A DNA stretch of 64,000 bases from Candidatus Falkowbacteria bacterium (GTDB taxonomy: Bacteria; Patescibacteriota; Patescibacteriia; Patescibacteriales; GWE2-39-37). Within the stretch, counting starts at the first letter, position 1, and the number at the start of each line of letters is the position of its first letter. Made by a program: the position numbers and the translations under genes. The DNA is taken from the NCBI GenBank assembly GCA_013336275.1, contig JAAXUA010000002.1, positions 45,057 through 109,056 on the forward strand, given 5' to 3'. Shown one piece after another: positions 48,342 to 57,270 of this stretch. Below the pieces are notes generated by a model. The model was not told where the DNA came from. It saw only the letters and a list, made by a program, of their open reading frames with translations, and did no database searches.

Positions 48342-49196
48342 ATGGCCATTGAACAGTTCAACACCATCAATCCGCCGACCTGGTGTCCCGGCTGCGGCAA
48401 TTACAGCATCTGGAACGAGATCAAGCGCGCCCTGGATGAGCTGAAGATCCCGCCACACAAGACGCTGATCGTTTACGGCATCGGCTGCGCTGGCAATATG
48501 TATAACACAGTCAATACTTATGCTTGGCATTCGCTGCACGGCCGCGCCTTGCCGACCGCCGTTGGGGCCAAACTAGCTAACAAGGATTTGACCGTTATCG
48601 TGGTTGCTGGCGACGGCGACGGCTTAGGTGAGGGCATGGGTCATTTCATCCACACCTTGCGCGGCAATGTGGATATCACCTACCTTATCCATGAGAATAA
48701 GGTCTATGGCCTGACTACCGGCCAATCGGCTCCGACCTCGGACAAGGGGTTTGTAACCAAATCCACCCCCGAAGGCCTCATCGAAGTGCCGACCAATCCG
48801 GTCAGCCTGGCGATGACGGCTGGCGGCGGTTTCGTGGCTCGCGGTTATGCCGGACGGCCGCAACAGCTTAAGGACCTGATCAAATTGGGCATCCAGCACA
48901 AGGGCTTTTCGTTTGTTGACATTTTGCAGCCCTGTGTTACATTCAATAAGATCAATACGTATCAGTATTATAATGAAAGGGTATATGATTTGGCTGAGGC
49001 CAAGCACGACTCATCCGATTTCAATGCCGCCTTCATCAAGGCGCGCGAGTGGGGAGAAAAGATTCCGTTGGGCCTGGTTTATCAGGATACTCGAGAGGCC
49101 TATGAAGACGATCTGCCTCAGGAAAAGGGCAAGGCGATCGCGACTAGACCTATCGTTACGCGCAATCTGGAGCCTTTATATAAAGATTTTATGTAA
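48342..49196 (+). CDS. 2-oxoacid:ferredoxin oxidoreductase beta subunit
   Basis: WCPGCGN, GIGC, LHGRALP, TPP motif GDGD..N.VYGLTTGQ and QPCVTFN. Confidence 0.95.
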   Translation: MAIEQFNTINPPTWCPGCGNYSIWNEIKRALDELKIPPHKTLIVYGIGCAGNMYNTVNTYAWHSLHGRALPTAVGAKLANKDLTVIVVAGDGDGLGEGMGHFIHTLRGNVDITYLIHENKVYGLTTGQSAPTSDKGFVTKSTPEGLIEVPTNPVSLAMTAGGGFVARGYAGRPQQLKDLIKLGIQHKGFSFVDILQPCVTFNKINTYQYYNERVYDLAEAKHDSSDFNAAFIKAREWGEKIPLGLVYQDTREAYEDDLPQEKGKAIATRPIVTRNLEPLYKDFM

Positions 49197-49239
49197 TCGG
49201 TCCGAGGCGGTTTACGAGCCGTTAAGGACATAAAACCGT

Positions 49240-49824
49240 ATGATGAAAACACTAGAAAATTTAGCTAAGGCTTTCGTCGGAGAGAGCCAGGCCCGCAACC
49301 GTTATACCATGTATAGCAAAGTGGCCAAAAAGGAAGGATACGAACAGATGTCAGCGATTTTTTTAGAGACTGCTGACCAGGAGCGCGAGCATGCCGCCCA
49401 GCTGTTCAAGATGATCAGCGCATTGCAGGCCGAGGCCGGCGAGGCAAACAAAGAAATCAGCATCCCAGCCGGAGTGCCAACCGTTTATGCCACCACCAAG
49501 GAAAATCTGGCCGCAGCCATCGGCGGTGAGAATTATGAGCACACCATCATGTATCCGGAATTTGCTGAGGTTGCCAAAGAAGAGGGCTTGCCCCAGGTAG
49601 CTGCTCGCCTGCGTTCGATTGCTAAGGCCGAGGAACACCACGAAGAGCGGTACATGAAGCTGTTGAAGGAGATTGAATCTGGCACGGTCTTTGAGAAAGA
49701 TACTGAGGTTTGGTGGTATTGCCGTGAGTGCGGCTACATGCACTTCGGCAAGCGCCCACCGGAAAAGTGTCCGTCCTGCGATCATGAGAAGGCCTATTAT
49801 CAGGTCAAATGTGAGCAGTATTAA
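49240..49824 (+). CDS. rbr: Rubrerythrin
   Basis: AFVGESQARNRY, EREHA, ENYE, EEHH; C-terminal CRECG..CPSC rubredoxin domain. Confidence 0.95.
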   Translation: MMKTLENLAKAFVGESQARNRYTMYSKVAKKEGYEQMSAIFLETADQEREHAAQLFKMISALQAEAGEANKEISIPAGVPTVYATTKENLAAAIGGENYEHTIMYPEFAEVAKEEGLPQVAARLRSIAKAEEHHEERYMKLLKEIESGTVFEKDTEVWWYCRECGYMHFGKRPPEKCPSCDHEKAYYQVKCEQY

Positions 49825-49842
49825 TTTAATATTAGTAAAAAT

Positions 49843-49962
49843 ATGGTACAAGTAGATCAGATTTATAAGTGTAATGTCTGTGGAAATGGCGTCAAAGTAG
49901 TTGATGCCGGCGGTGGCGAGTTAGTCTGCTGCGGTCAGCCCATGGTCTTGCAAGAAGAGTAA
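49843..49962 (+). CDS. Standalone desulforedoxin (39 aa; missed by the ORF track)
   Basis: [39 protein letters not shown]: CxxC...CC FeS4 motif. Confidence 0.9.
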   Translation: MVQVDQIYKCNVCGNGVKVVDAGGGELVCCGQPMVLQEE

Positions 49963-50023
49963 AAATAGGTTATATTACCACAATACTAAGAAACACAAGG
50001 CCTAATCACCTTGTGTTTCTCTA

Positions 50024-50110
50024 GGAGGGATGTCTGAGCGGTTTAAGGAGACAGTCTTGAAAACTGTTGGCTCTTCACGGGGCCCGTGAGTTCGAATCTC
50101 ACTCCCTCCG
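50024..50110 (+). tRNA. tRNA-Ser(TGA)
   Basis: Acceptor GGAGGGA/TCCCTCC, anticodon loop CTTGAAA, long variable arm, GTTCGAATC. Confidence 0.96.
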
Positions 50111-50114
50111 CACT

Positions 50115-50145
50115 TAAAACACCAGCTTATAGCCGGTGTTTTATT
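50115..50145 (+). terminator. Hairpin/terminator after tRNA-Ser(TGA)
   Basis: TAAAACACCAGCT-TAT-AGCCGGTGTTTTA. Confidence 0.6.
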
Positions 50146-50160
50146 ATATGATTGCTAATT

Positions 50161-50187
50161 TGAAAGAAATGATGATTGCATAGCGTA
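50161..50187 (+). promoter_or_regulatory. Putative ECF-sigma promoter (autoregulatory)
   Basis: TGAAAG-N17-CGTA; the same motif with the same spacing occurs at 51514-51540. Confidence 0.65.
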
Positions 50188-50209
50188 ATAGTAATGCTAC
50201 ACTTTAATT

Positions 50210-50782
50210 ATGGTTACGGAAACAGACTGTCAAAAATATAATGACGAGGAATTGGTCGGATTGGTGTTGGAAGGCCCTGACTATTACGCTTGTCTGGTCA
50301 ATCGTTATTCTGAGGCTTTGCGGCGTTACGTGATTCGGCTTGGTGCTAGCATCGCTGATTCTGATGATATCTTGCAAGAGGTCTTTTTGAGCGCTTATCT
50401 GCATCTGAATGATTTTGACAAAAATCTGAAGTTTTCAAGCTGGATTTATCGTATCGCCCACAATCAGGCAATTACGGCTTTTCGCAAATCGAACGTCAGG
50501 CCGACCGTAGAACTATCTGATCTTGAACCGTGGCAGGAGATGGTGCGCGACAGCTGCCCAGGAAAAAAATTCGATCAAGATCTTCTTGCGAGCAGGATCA
50601 AGGCCATGTTAGAGCAGCTCGAGCCTAAATATCGCGAAGTTCTGGTATTGAAATACTTCGAAGACAAGGATTATTCCGAGATGTCCGACATCCTGAAAAA
50701 ACCGATGGGTACGATTGCCACCTTGGTCAATCGGGCAAAAAAGCAATTGGCTAAAATTGCAGAGGGGGAATTATTAAAATGA
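50210..50782 (+). CDS. ECF RNA polymerase sigma factor (SigW-like)
   Basis: DDILQEVFL, KFSSWIYRIAHN, L.PKYREVLVLKY..DYSEMSDIL..GTIATLVNRAKK. Confidence 0.93.
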   Translation: MVTETDCQKYNDEELVGLVLEGPDYYACLVNRYSEALRRYVIRLGASIADSDDILQEVFLSAYLHLNDFDKNLKFSSWIYRIAHNQAITAFRKSNVRPTVELSDLEPWQEMVRDSCPGKKFDQDLLASRIKAMLEQLEPKYREVLVLKYFEDKDYSEMSDILKKPMGTIATLVNRAKKQLAKIAEGELLK

Positions 50783-51513
50783 ATAATATGAGCACGATTT
50801 CCGATAAAGTATTAGACAAAATCAAAAAAGAGCACATAATGCCGCGCCCACGTTGGCAGTTCTGGCTGCGCGACGGCGGACGGTGGGCGGGCTTCATCAT
50901 GCTTTCGCTGCTGGCGGCTTTCGCCCTCGGTCTGTTATGGTATTTCTGGTCTGACGGCCCTTGGTTGCACGGTGGGCGCTCCATGGGCCTGTTTTTCTCT
51001 CCGATGCCTCTGGTTTTTCTTGGCTTGATCGCTTTGGGCTGGGTGTTGGCCTTGGTTGATTTCAGCAGCACCGGCCGAGGTTATCGCTACCCGCTTATTA
51101 AAATCGGAGTGGCGCTCCTGCTTCTGGCAGTGATTTCGGGCTGGGCTCTGAATTTCTTCGGTGTCAGCCAGCGCATGGACCGAGCTTTCAGCAGTTCGCC
51201 CTTGTATCAGGATCGGGAGTCCTATATGAAAAGCGTCTGGCAGCGGCCAAGCGAGGGTTTGTTGGCGGGAGAAATATCGAGTGTTGGCGCTGACGGCCGT
51301 TTTACCTTCCGCGATTTCGACGGCCACGATTGGCTGGTCGACGGCTCGCGGGCGATTTGGCGGCATGGTTTGGCGCCAGCGGCCGGTGTCAAAGTGAAGC
51401 TGATCGGCACGCCCAAGGGGGATGGCTTCACGGCCGATGATGTTCGTCCCTGGATGGGGCCTGGCAGCTGCGGGATGATGCAGAATGGCGGTTCTTGCGG
51501 GATGATGAGATAG
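50779..51513 (+). CDS. Membrane protein, probable anti-sigma/sensor, ending in tandem GSCGMM motifs
   Basis: ATGA overlap with the sigma gene; 3 TMs; OB-fold-like C-domain; GSCGMMQNGGSCGMMR. Confidence 0.75.
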   Translation: MNNMSTISDKVLDKIKKEHIMPRPRWQFWLRDGGRWAGFIMLSLLAAFALGLLWYFWSDGPWLHGGRSMGLFFSPMPLVFLGLIALGWVLALVDFSSTGRGYRYPLIKIGVALLLLAVISGWALNFFGVSQRMDRAFSSSPLYQDRESYMKSVWQRPSEGLLAGEISSVGADGRFTFRDFDGHDWLVDGSRAIWRHGLAPAAGVKVKLIGTPKGDGFTADDVRPWMGPGSCGMMQNGGSCGMMR

Positions 51514-51540
51514 TGAAAGAAAAATGAGATAGGGTGCGTA
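51514..51540 (+). promoter_or_regulatory. Second putative ECF-sigma promoter
   Basis: TGAAAG-N17-CGTA upstream of the 51589 gene. Confidence 0.6.
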
Positions 51541-51588
51541 GTAAGAGTGAAAGGTTTAGCTTTCACTCTTATTTATTAAAGAAAGAAT

Positions 51589-51972
51589 ATGAAAAAGACG
51601 TATCTTTTGGCCGGCCTGGGCGTCGGTCTGGCTCTGACGGCCGCTTCGGCCGCCTATGCCGCAAGCGGCAGCTATGAGGCTTGGCGGAATGCCATGGGTA
51701 CCCGCGCCGGCCGGGCCACTACCGTGGTGAACGAGCAGAATTTCGACAAGTTCACCGAGATGCATCGGCTGATGGCCGAAGGCAAGTATGATGAGGCGCA
51801 AAAAGTCCGTACCGATCTCGGCTTAGGTAGTGGCAACCAGGGCAGGGGCTGCGGCATGAATAACAGCGCCGGCCGCCAAGGCGGTTGCGGGATGCGCGGC
51901 GCCGGTACAGGCTTCGTGGATGCCAATAATAACGGCATCTGCGATCGTGCCGAGCAGAATAACGCGCAGTAA
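51589..51972 (+). CDS. Small secreted protein with GCGM repeats and a DxNxNG motif
   Basis: Signal peptide ending in AYA; GRGCGM..GGCGM..FVDANNNGICD. Confidence 0.8.
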   Translation: MKKTYLLAGLGVGLALTAASAAYAASGSYEAWRNAMGTRAGRATTVVNEQNFDKFTEMHRLMAEGKYDEAQKVRTDLGLGSGNQGRGCGMNNSAGRQGGCGMRGAGTGFVDANNNGICDRAEQNNAQ

Positions 51973-51981
51973 ATAATGACC

Positions 51982-52020
51982 AACAGTTCCTCGCCCGGCT
52001 TGCTCGGGCGGGGAACTGTT
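51982..52020 (+). terminator. Stable intergenic hairpin (terminator or mRNA stabiliser)
   Basis: AACAGTTCCTCGCCCG-GCTTGCT-CGGGCGGGGAACTGTT. Confidence 0.55.
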
Positions 52021-52082
52021 CGAATGATCCGAAAACCGCTCAAGCGGTTTTTAGCCCAGGATCTCGAAATTATCAAAATATT

Positions 52083-53216
52083 ATGAAAAAAAATAATCTC
52101 TTTCGGCGAACCGTCCAAATCGCCGTTTTTTCCTTGCTGATCTTCTTGTCGTTGAGCCATATCAAATATGGCATCGAAAAAGCCGCTTCGATTGACGCCT
52201 ACTGCCCTTACGGCGCCGTGGAGAGTTTTTTAACCAAGGTTTCCTCCGGCAATTATCTGAATCGTATCTGGACCAGCTCATTTATCCTTATGGCCATAAC
52301 CATCCTGGTCACGCTGTTTTTCGGGCGGGTTTTCTGTTCCTATCTCTGTCCGCTGGGGGCGCTCCAGGAGTGGCTCAGGGGGCTAGGCAGAAAAATGGGC
52401 ATCAAGAAAGATGTGGAGCTGCCGGCAAAGGTTGATAAATATGCCAGATATCTGAAATACCTGGTTCTGGTTTTCGTAGCTTATTATTCTTACCGGGTAG
52501 GTGATCTTTTTTTCCGGAATTATGACCCTTATAACGCCTTGATGCATTTTGGCAATGAGTTCGAAGAAAAGATGTTCGCTTACGGCATTTTGGGCGTCGT
52601 GGCCATTTCGTCTGTTTTCTCGAAGAGCTGGTGGTGCCGCTATCTTTGCCCGATGGGCGCATTTTTGGGCATGATAAAAAAAATCAGCCCTTTCAAAATC
52701 GTACGGGACAAGGCCACCTGCGTGTCTTGCGGTCTGTGCGACAAGACCTGTCCAGCGAACTTGGACATCAAGGATGCCGACATCACTGACTCGGCCGATT
52801 GCATCAGCTGCCTGAACTGCGTGAATGGCTGCCCCGAAAGCAGCTTGAGCGCTAAAGTCTTCGGCAGGGCGGTGACGCCTAAGAAGTTCGCGATTATAGC
52901 CGTAGCAGCATTTTTTATCCCGCTGGGCGCTGCGGTCATGACCCCGTTGTGGCAGAGCAAGGCCCCGTCAAATATCGTCGATTCCCAGGGGCAGGTCGAT
53001 GTCGCTAACATCCGCGGGAGTAATTCGCTGAAAAAGGTGATCGAAGAGACTGGTGTGCCGCTCGAGGTTTTTGTCAGGGAATTGAATCTGCCTGCGAATG
53101 TCGACACCTCGCTTTTGCTTAAAGAAATAGGATTGAAATACGACCTCAAGAACTCAGAGGGTGCTGCGCTGGAAACTGAGGATTTCCGCGAAGTCATCCG
53201 CAAATCCAGCAAATAA
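52083..53216 (+). CDS. Membrane 4Fe-4S polyferredoxin (NapH/MauN/YccM-like)
   Basis: GRVFCSYLCPLG, WCRYLCPMG, CVSCGLCDKTCP and CISCLNCVNGCP. Confidence 0.9.
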   Translation: MKKNNLFRRTVQIAVFSLLIFLSLSHIKYGIEKAASIDAYCPYGAVESFLTKVSSGNYLNRIWTSSFILMAITILVTLFFGRVFCSYLCPLGALQEWLRGLGRKMGIKKDVELPAKVDKYARYLKYLVLVFVAYYSYRVGDLFFRNYDPYNALMHFGNEFEEKMFAYGILGVVAISSVFSKSWWCRYLCPMGAFLGMIKKISPFKIVRDKATCVSCGLCDKTCPANLDIKDADITDSADCISCLNCVNGCPESSLSAKVFGRAVTPKKFAIIAVAAFFIPLGAAVMTPLWQSKAPSNIVDSQGQVDVANIRGSNSLKKVIEETGVPLEVFVRELNLPANVDTSLLLKEIGLKYDLKNSEGAALETEDFREVIRKSSK

Positions 53217-53236
53217 TGATCGATAGTCGGCGGCTA

Positions 53237-53290
53237 TTGACAAGAAATGCATCGTAGCCTACTATATCAATATAAATTGATATAGTAGGC
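53237..53290 (+). promoter_or_regulatory. Sigma70 promoter overlapped by a 15-bp inverted-repeat operator upstream of arsR
   Basis: TTGACA-N17-TACTAT; GCCTACTATATCAAT-ATAA-ATTGATATAGTAGGC (53257-53290). Confidence 0.75.
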
Positions 53291-53293
53291 AGT

Positions 53294-53557
53294 ATGGACC
53301 AAAGTCTTCTGCAATTCATCAAAGCGATCGGTGAGCCGACCAGACTCCGTATCTTGAGGCACTTGAAAAACGAGTGCTGCGTAGGGGAAATTTGGAAAAA
53401 GCTGGATTTATCGCAAAACCTCGCCTCGCATCATCTGCGGGTGCTTAAGGATGCCGACCTAATCTCTGCTGAGAAGCGAGGCTTGAAGGTCGTTTACCGC
53501 CTCAATGAGCGGGAACTGGCCAGGGGCTTAAAGCGCTTGGGGAGCTATCTTGAATAA
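53294..53557 (+). CDS. ArsR/SmtB family transcriptional repressor
   Basis: KAIGEPTRLRIL..ECCVGEI..LSQNLASHHLRVLK..G..V.YRL. Confidence 0.92.
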   Translation: MDQSLLQFIKAIGEPTRLRILRHLKNECCVGEIWKKLDLSQNLASHHLRVLKDADLISAEKRGLKVVYRLNERELARGLKRLGSYLE

Positions 53558-53584
53558 CTCACATATAAATTAAAGAGTAAAATT

Positions 53585-54484
53585 ATGTTAAAACAAAACG
53601 AAAATCTGACTGACAGGCTTTTGAGGGGGGTATTGGCCGAGGCTTTATTTGTTGTCGGCTATTTTTGGCTTGCAGGGGCGTGGCAAGCAGTCGCCTACGT
53701 CCTGGGTGCAGCCATGCTGATTACCTCCGTTACCGGTTTTTGCAGCTTGTACTTAGTCATGGGAGTGGACACTAAAAAGTCATTTGCGGCACCAAGAAAA
53801 TATTTTATCACCGGATTGGTGGCAGTTTTGGTCGTGTTGCCCTTGGCGGGAAGCTACGCAAGCAGCTTTTTCAGCAAAAAGTTCTTTTTAGAGGACTTCA
53901 ATTACATGAATAATTATTACAAACAGGCACTGTTTAATACTGGTCAGGAAAAGCGTCAGGAATCGATAGACAACTATAGCCAGCTCGTAAGCGCTTACGC
54001 TGAGTTCAAGGACAAATATGGAAAATTCAGACCGGTTTCATTGCGCAGAGACAAGGAGCTGACCAGCGACCTGATTAAGGTCGATAATCTGATCAAGGAT
54101 GTCGAAACAGAGGTGCGGAGCGGCGATTTGAAAGTGGCGCACACTAAGCTAGAGGAAGTTCGCCCTCTCTGGCAGGATATCTTCAAGCGCAATGGCTATT
54201 CAATGCTGGCCGTCGCTTTGGTCGATTTCCACGATTCCATGGAAAAGATGCTGGACCCAGCAAGTGCCGGCAATGCGCAAGGAGTCCAGGACGCTTACGC
54301 TGACGCCGATTCGAAGCTGAAAGCGGTCGAAGAGGAGGCGAGTGATGATGAGATCAAGGCCATCAGGAAAAATTTGGATCAGTTGCTCGAACTTGCCAAG
54401 GGACAGGCAAATAAAGATGAGCTGGCAAAGCAAGTAGCAGAACTCAAATCAAGCTTCGTCAAGGTATATCTGAAAAGGGGGTGA
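53585..54484 (+). CDS. DUF2892 (YgaP-like) membrane domain fused to a helical-bundle domain
   Basis: NENLTDRLLR..TSVTGFCSLYLVMGVDT, followed by a long amphipathic helical region. Confidence 0.75.
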   Translation: MLKQNENLTDRLLRGVLAEALFVVGYFWLAGAWQAVAYVLGAAMLITSVTGFCSLYLVMGVDTKKSFAAPRKYFITGLVAVLVVLPLAGSYASSFFSKKFFLEDFNYMNNYYKQALFNTGQEKRQESIDNYSQLVSAYAEFKDKYGKFRPVSLRRDKELTSDLIKVDNLIKDVETEVRSGDLKVAHTKLEEVRPLWQDIFKRNGYSMLAVALVDFHDSMEKMLDPASAGNAQGVQDAYADADSKLKAVEEEASDDEIKAIRKNLDQLLELAKGQANKDELAKQVAELKSSFVKVYLKRG

Positions 54485-54511
54485 AATATTAGTAACTAAA
54501 ATATCGGAAAT

Positions 54512-55432
54512 ATGTACGACATCGCAATCATCGGTGCCGGTCCTGCCGGCTTGAACGCCTCGATCTATGCCGCGCGATACGGCCTGAAGTCGGTCGTCGT
54601 CGGCGCAGTGACCGGCGGACTGGCCGGTACGACCCACGAAATCGGCAATTGGCTGGGGGTGAAAAAGATTACCGGTTTCGAACTTGTGCAGAATATGCTT
54701 GACCACGCCAAAAGCTATGAGACGCCGATCATCGAAAGGATGGTCGAAGACATTAAGGCCGTTGACGGGGGATTCAGTTTGGCGATCGCCGGTTCAGAAC
54801 CGATCGAAGCCAAGGCGGTCATTCTGGCAACCGGCACTAGCCACCGGCATCTCGGGTTGCCGGATGAGGCCAAGTATATCGGCAAAGGCCTGTCTTATTG
54901 CGCGACTTGCGACGGCTTCTTTTATAAAAATAAGGTTGTGGCAGTTGTCGGCGGCAACGATGCCGCAGCCATGGCTGCCACCTATCTGGGAGATATTGCA
55001 GCAAAAGTCTACTTGGTCTACCGCAAGGAACCGTTGCGCGCTGAACATTTCTGGCAGACAGCCATCGCCAATAATCCAAAAATTGAGATCATTTATAATA
55101 CTAATTTGACCGAGATAGTCGGAACAGAAAAAGTTAGCGGAATCAAGACTCTTAATTTGGCTGGTAAAATGAAGGAACTGACAGTGGATGGCGTCTTTGT
55201 CGAGATTGGTTCCGAGCCGAATACGGAGCTGTTCAAAGAGTTGGGAGTGGAGTCTGACGAGCAGGGCTTCGTGAAGATCGGTGCCGACGGTTCGACGACA
55301 GCCAAAGGTATTTGGGCTGCCGGCGACCTGACAGATGGTTCGAACAAGTTCAGGCAGATTGTTACGGCGGCAGCTGAAGGCGCAATTGCCGCCGCCAGCA
55401 TTAGTAAGTATCTTAAGCAAAACTTTAAATAG
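54512..55432 (+). CDS. trxB: Thioredoxin reductase
   Basis: IIGAGPAGL, GLSYCATCDG, VVGGNDAA and IWAAGD. Confidence 0.93.
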   Translation: MYDIAIIGAGPAGLNASIYAARYGLKSVVVGAVTGGLAGTTHEIGNWLGVKKITGFELVQNMLDHAKSYETPIIERMVEDIKAVDGGFSLAIAGSEPIEAKAVILATGTSHRHLGLPDEAKYIGKGLSYCATCDGFFYKNKVVAVVGGNDAAAMAATYLGDIAAKVYLVYRKEPLRAEHFWQTAIANNPKIEIIYNTNLTEIVGTEKVSGIKTLNLAGKMKELTVDGVFVEIGSEPNTELFKELGVESDEQGFVKIGADGSTTAKGIWAAGDLTDGSNKFRQIVTAAAEGAIAAASISKYLKQNFK

Positions 55433-55434
55433 CC

Positions 55435-56481
55435 ATGCTGGATAAAATTCTAGAGTATGTGCAGAAGAATCTGTTCTTACTGATTGTCCTTTCGATCGCG
55501 GCCGGCTTGTCGGCTGTCCGCTTGATGGGAGGCATCGCGTTTACGCCCTTGTTGTGCCTATTGGCGGCCCTGTTGATGATATACCCCTCATTGGTGCCGC
55601 TGGACTTTAAGAAAATCGGTTCGGTCCGCCAGCACAAAATGTTGGTGGCCGTTTCCTTGGCCGCTAATTTCATCATTGCGCCATTGCTGGCGGTGGTTGT
55701 CGGCCGGATATTTTTGGCTGATGAGCCGGCTTTGTGGCTGGGCTTGATTCTGCTTTCTGTCTTGCCCGGTGGCGGTATGGTGACGATCTGGGCCTATCGG
55801 TCGAAAGCGGATATAGCGCTGACAGTGAATATCGTGACCGCCAACCTGCTGGCCGCCATAATCTTGTCCCCTTTCTATCTTTCCGCGGCCATGAATAAGC
55901 TGGCGACGATGGCTGTGAATCAGCCGGCTGGCAGCTGCACGGTGTCCGAAGCTACCGGAGGCATATTTGATTGCGCTTTCGGCGGAGCGGGTTCGATAAG
56001 TCCGGCAAAGATAGCGTTGCCGATCATCTTTATCGTTGCTATACCACTGTTGTTGGCGTATCTTACGCAGAAGCATTATCTGAAAGCCGGACGAGAAAGA
56101 TTCGAGACGATCAAGGCCAGGTACGCATCTTTCAGCAATCTTGGCTTGTTGCTGGTCTTGTTCCTGTTGATGTCCATCAAGCAGAATCAAATCATCTTTT
56201 CGCGTCCTGATCTGATTCCGAAAGCTCTGCTGGCTCTACTGGCTTTCTATGGCGCGAGCTTGCTCTTGTCTTGGCGCTTGGGAAAAGTTGTCGGGGGCGA
56301 GAGGGGCAGGTCGTTGGTCTGGGGGACTTATTTGCGTTACATCACCTTGGCGCTCGGTTTGGCAATTTCCATCGTTTATCAGGACCCGACTTATAGTCTG
56401 ACGCTTATTGTCGCGGTGATGGCATACTTGGTGCAGATACCGAGCTCGTTCTGGTTAGCTAATAAATTAAATAATAAATAA
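55435..56481 (+). CDS. Acr3/bile-acid:Na+ symporter superfamily transporter
   Basis: LMIYPSLV, ANFIIAPLL, GLILLSVLPGGGMV.IW and RYITLALGLA. Confidence 0.8.
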   Translation: MLDKILEYVQKNLFLLIVLSIAAGLSAVRLMGGIAFTPLLCLLAALLMIYPSLVPLDFKKIGSVRQHKMLVAVSLAANFIIAPLLAVVVGRIFLADEPALWLGLILLSVLPGGGMVTIWAYRSKADIALTVNIVTANLLAAIILSPFYLSAAMNKLATMAVNQPAGSCTVSEATGGIFDCAFGGAGSISPAKIALPIIFIVAIPLLLAYLTQKHYLKAGRERFETIKARYASFSNLGLLLVLFLLMSIKQNQIIFSRPDLIPKALLALLAFYGASLLLSWRLGKVVGGERGRSLVWGTYLRYITLALGLAISIVYQDPTYSLTLIVAVMAYLVQIPSSFWLANKLNNK

Positions 56482-56492
56482 TAATAAAACTT

Positions 56493-56822
56493 ATGAGCAA
56501 CGTAATTACTCTTACAAATGAAAATTGGGATAAGGAAGTGATGCAGACAGAAGTGCCTGTTTTGGTTGATTTTTGGGCCCCTTGGTGTGGTCCTTGTCGC
56601 ATGATGGCGCCAGTCTTGGATGACCTGTCTTTTGATTTAAAAGGCAAGCTGAAGATTGCCAAGCTGGATGTTGATAACCCGGTCCATCAGGCAATTGCCG
56701 TAAAATATCAGATTCAGTCTATTCCAGCCCTAAAGCTGTTTAAATCAGGTAAGGTCATCAGTGACTATATCGGTTATCGAGACAAAGAAACCCTTACAAA
56801 GGAGTTGGCGGCAGAATTATAA
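56493..56822 (+). CDS. trxA: Thioredoxin
   Basis: VLVDFWAPWCGPCR and IQSIP. Confidence 0.97.
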   Translation: MSNVITLTNENWDKEVMQTEVPVLVDFWAPWCGPCRMMAPVLDDLSFDLKGKLKIAKLDVDNPVHQAIAVKYQIQSIPALKLFKSGKVISDYIGYRDKETLTKELAAEL

Positions 56823-56837
56823 ATTAATTTATTTGAA

Positions 56838-57200
56838 ATGGTAAAAGAATTGAGCCCAAACGAGGCGAAGTCCGAGTTGGAGAAGGGAGCGTTGCTGGTC
56901 GATGTTCGTGAAGCCTATGAAGTCGATCAGTTCGCCTGCGACGTTCCGGAGACACTGGTGCTGCCCTTATCTGAACTGCAGCAGCGTTATCAAGAGTTGC
57001 CCAAAGACCGCGAGCTGGTTATCGCTTGCGCTGGCGGCGGCAGAAGCCTGTATGCGGCCACGTTCCTGGTTGGCAAAGGATACAATAAGGTAGCCAACTT
57101 GGATGGGGGCGTCTTTACATGGAATTCTTTGGGCTTGCCAGTCAAGAAGGGCGGTGGCGGGGATGAAAAAAGCGTCAGCAGCTGCAAATTGTGGCGTTAA
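56838..57200 (+). CDS. Rhodanese-like sulfurtransferase
   Basis: LVDVREAYE, active loop ACAGGGRS and NLDGG..W. Confidence 0.9.
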   Translation: MVKELSPNEAKSELEKGALLVDVREAYEVDQFACDVPETLVLPLSELQQRYQELPKDRELVIACAGGGRSLYAATFLVGKGYNKVANLDGGVFTWNSLGLPVKKGGGGDEKSVSSCKLWR

Positions 57201-57270
57201 CCCAGGCGGGCGTTATTTAATGTCCAGTTTTTAGCTTTACTCAATCCGAAATTTTTGGCATAATATAGAT

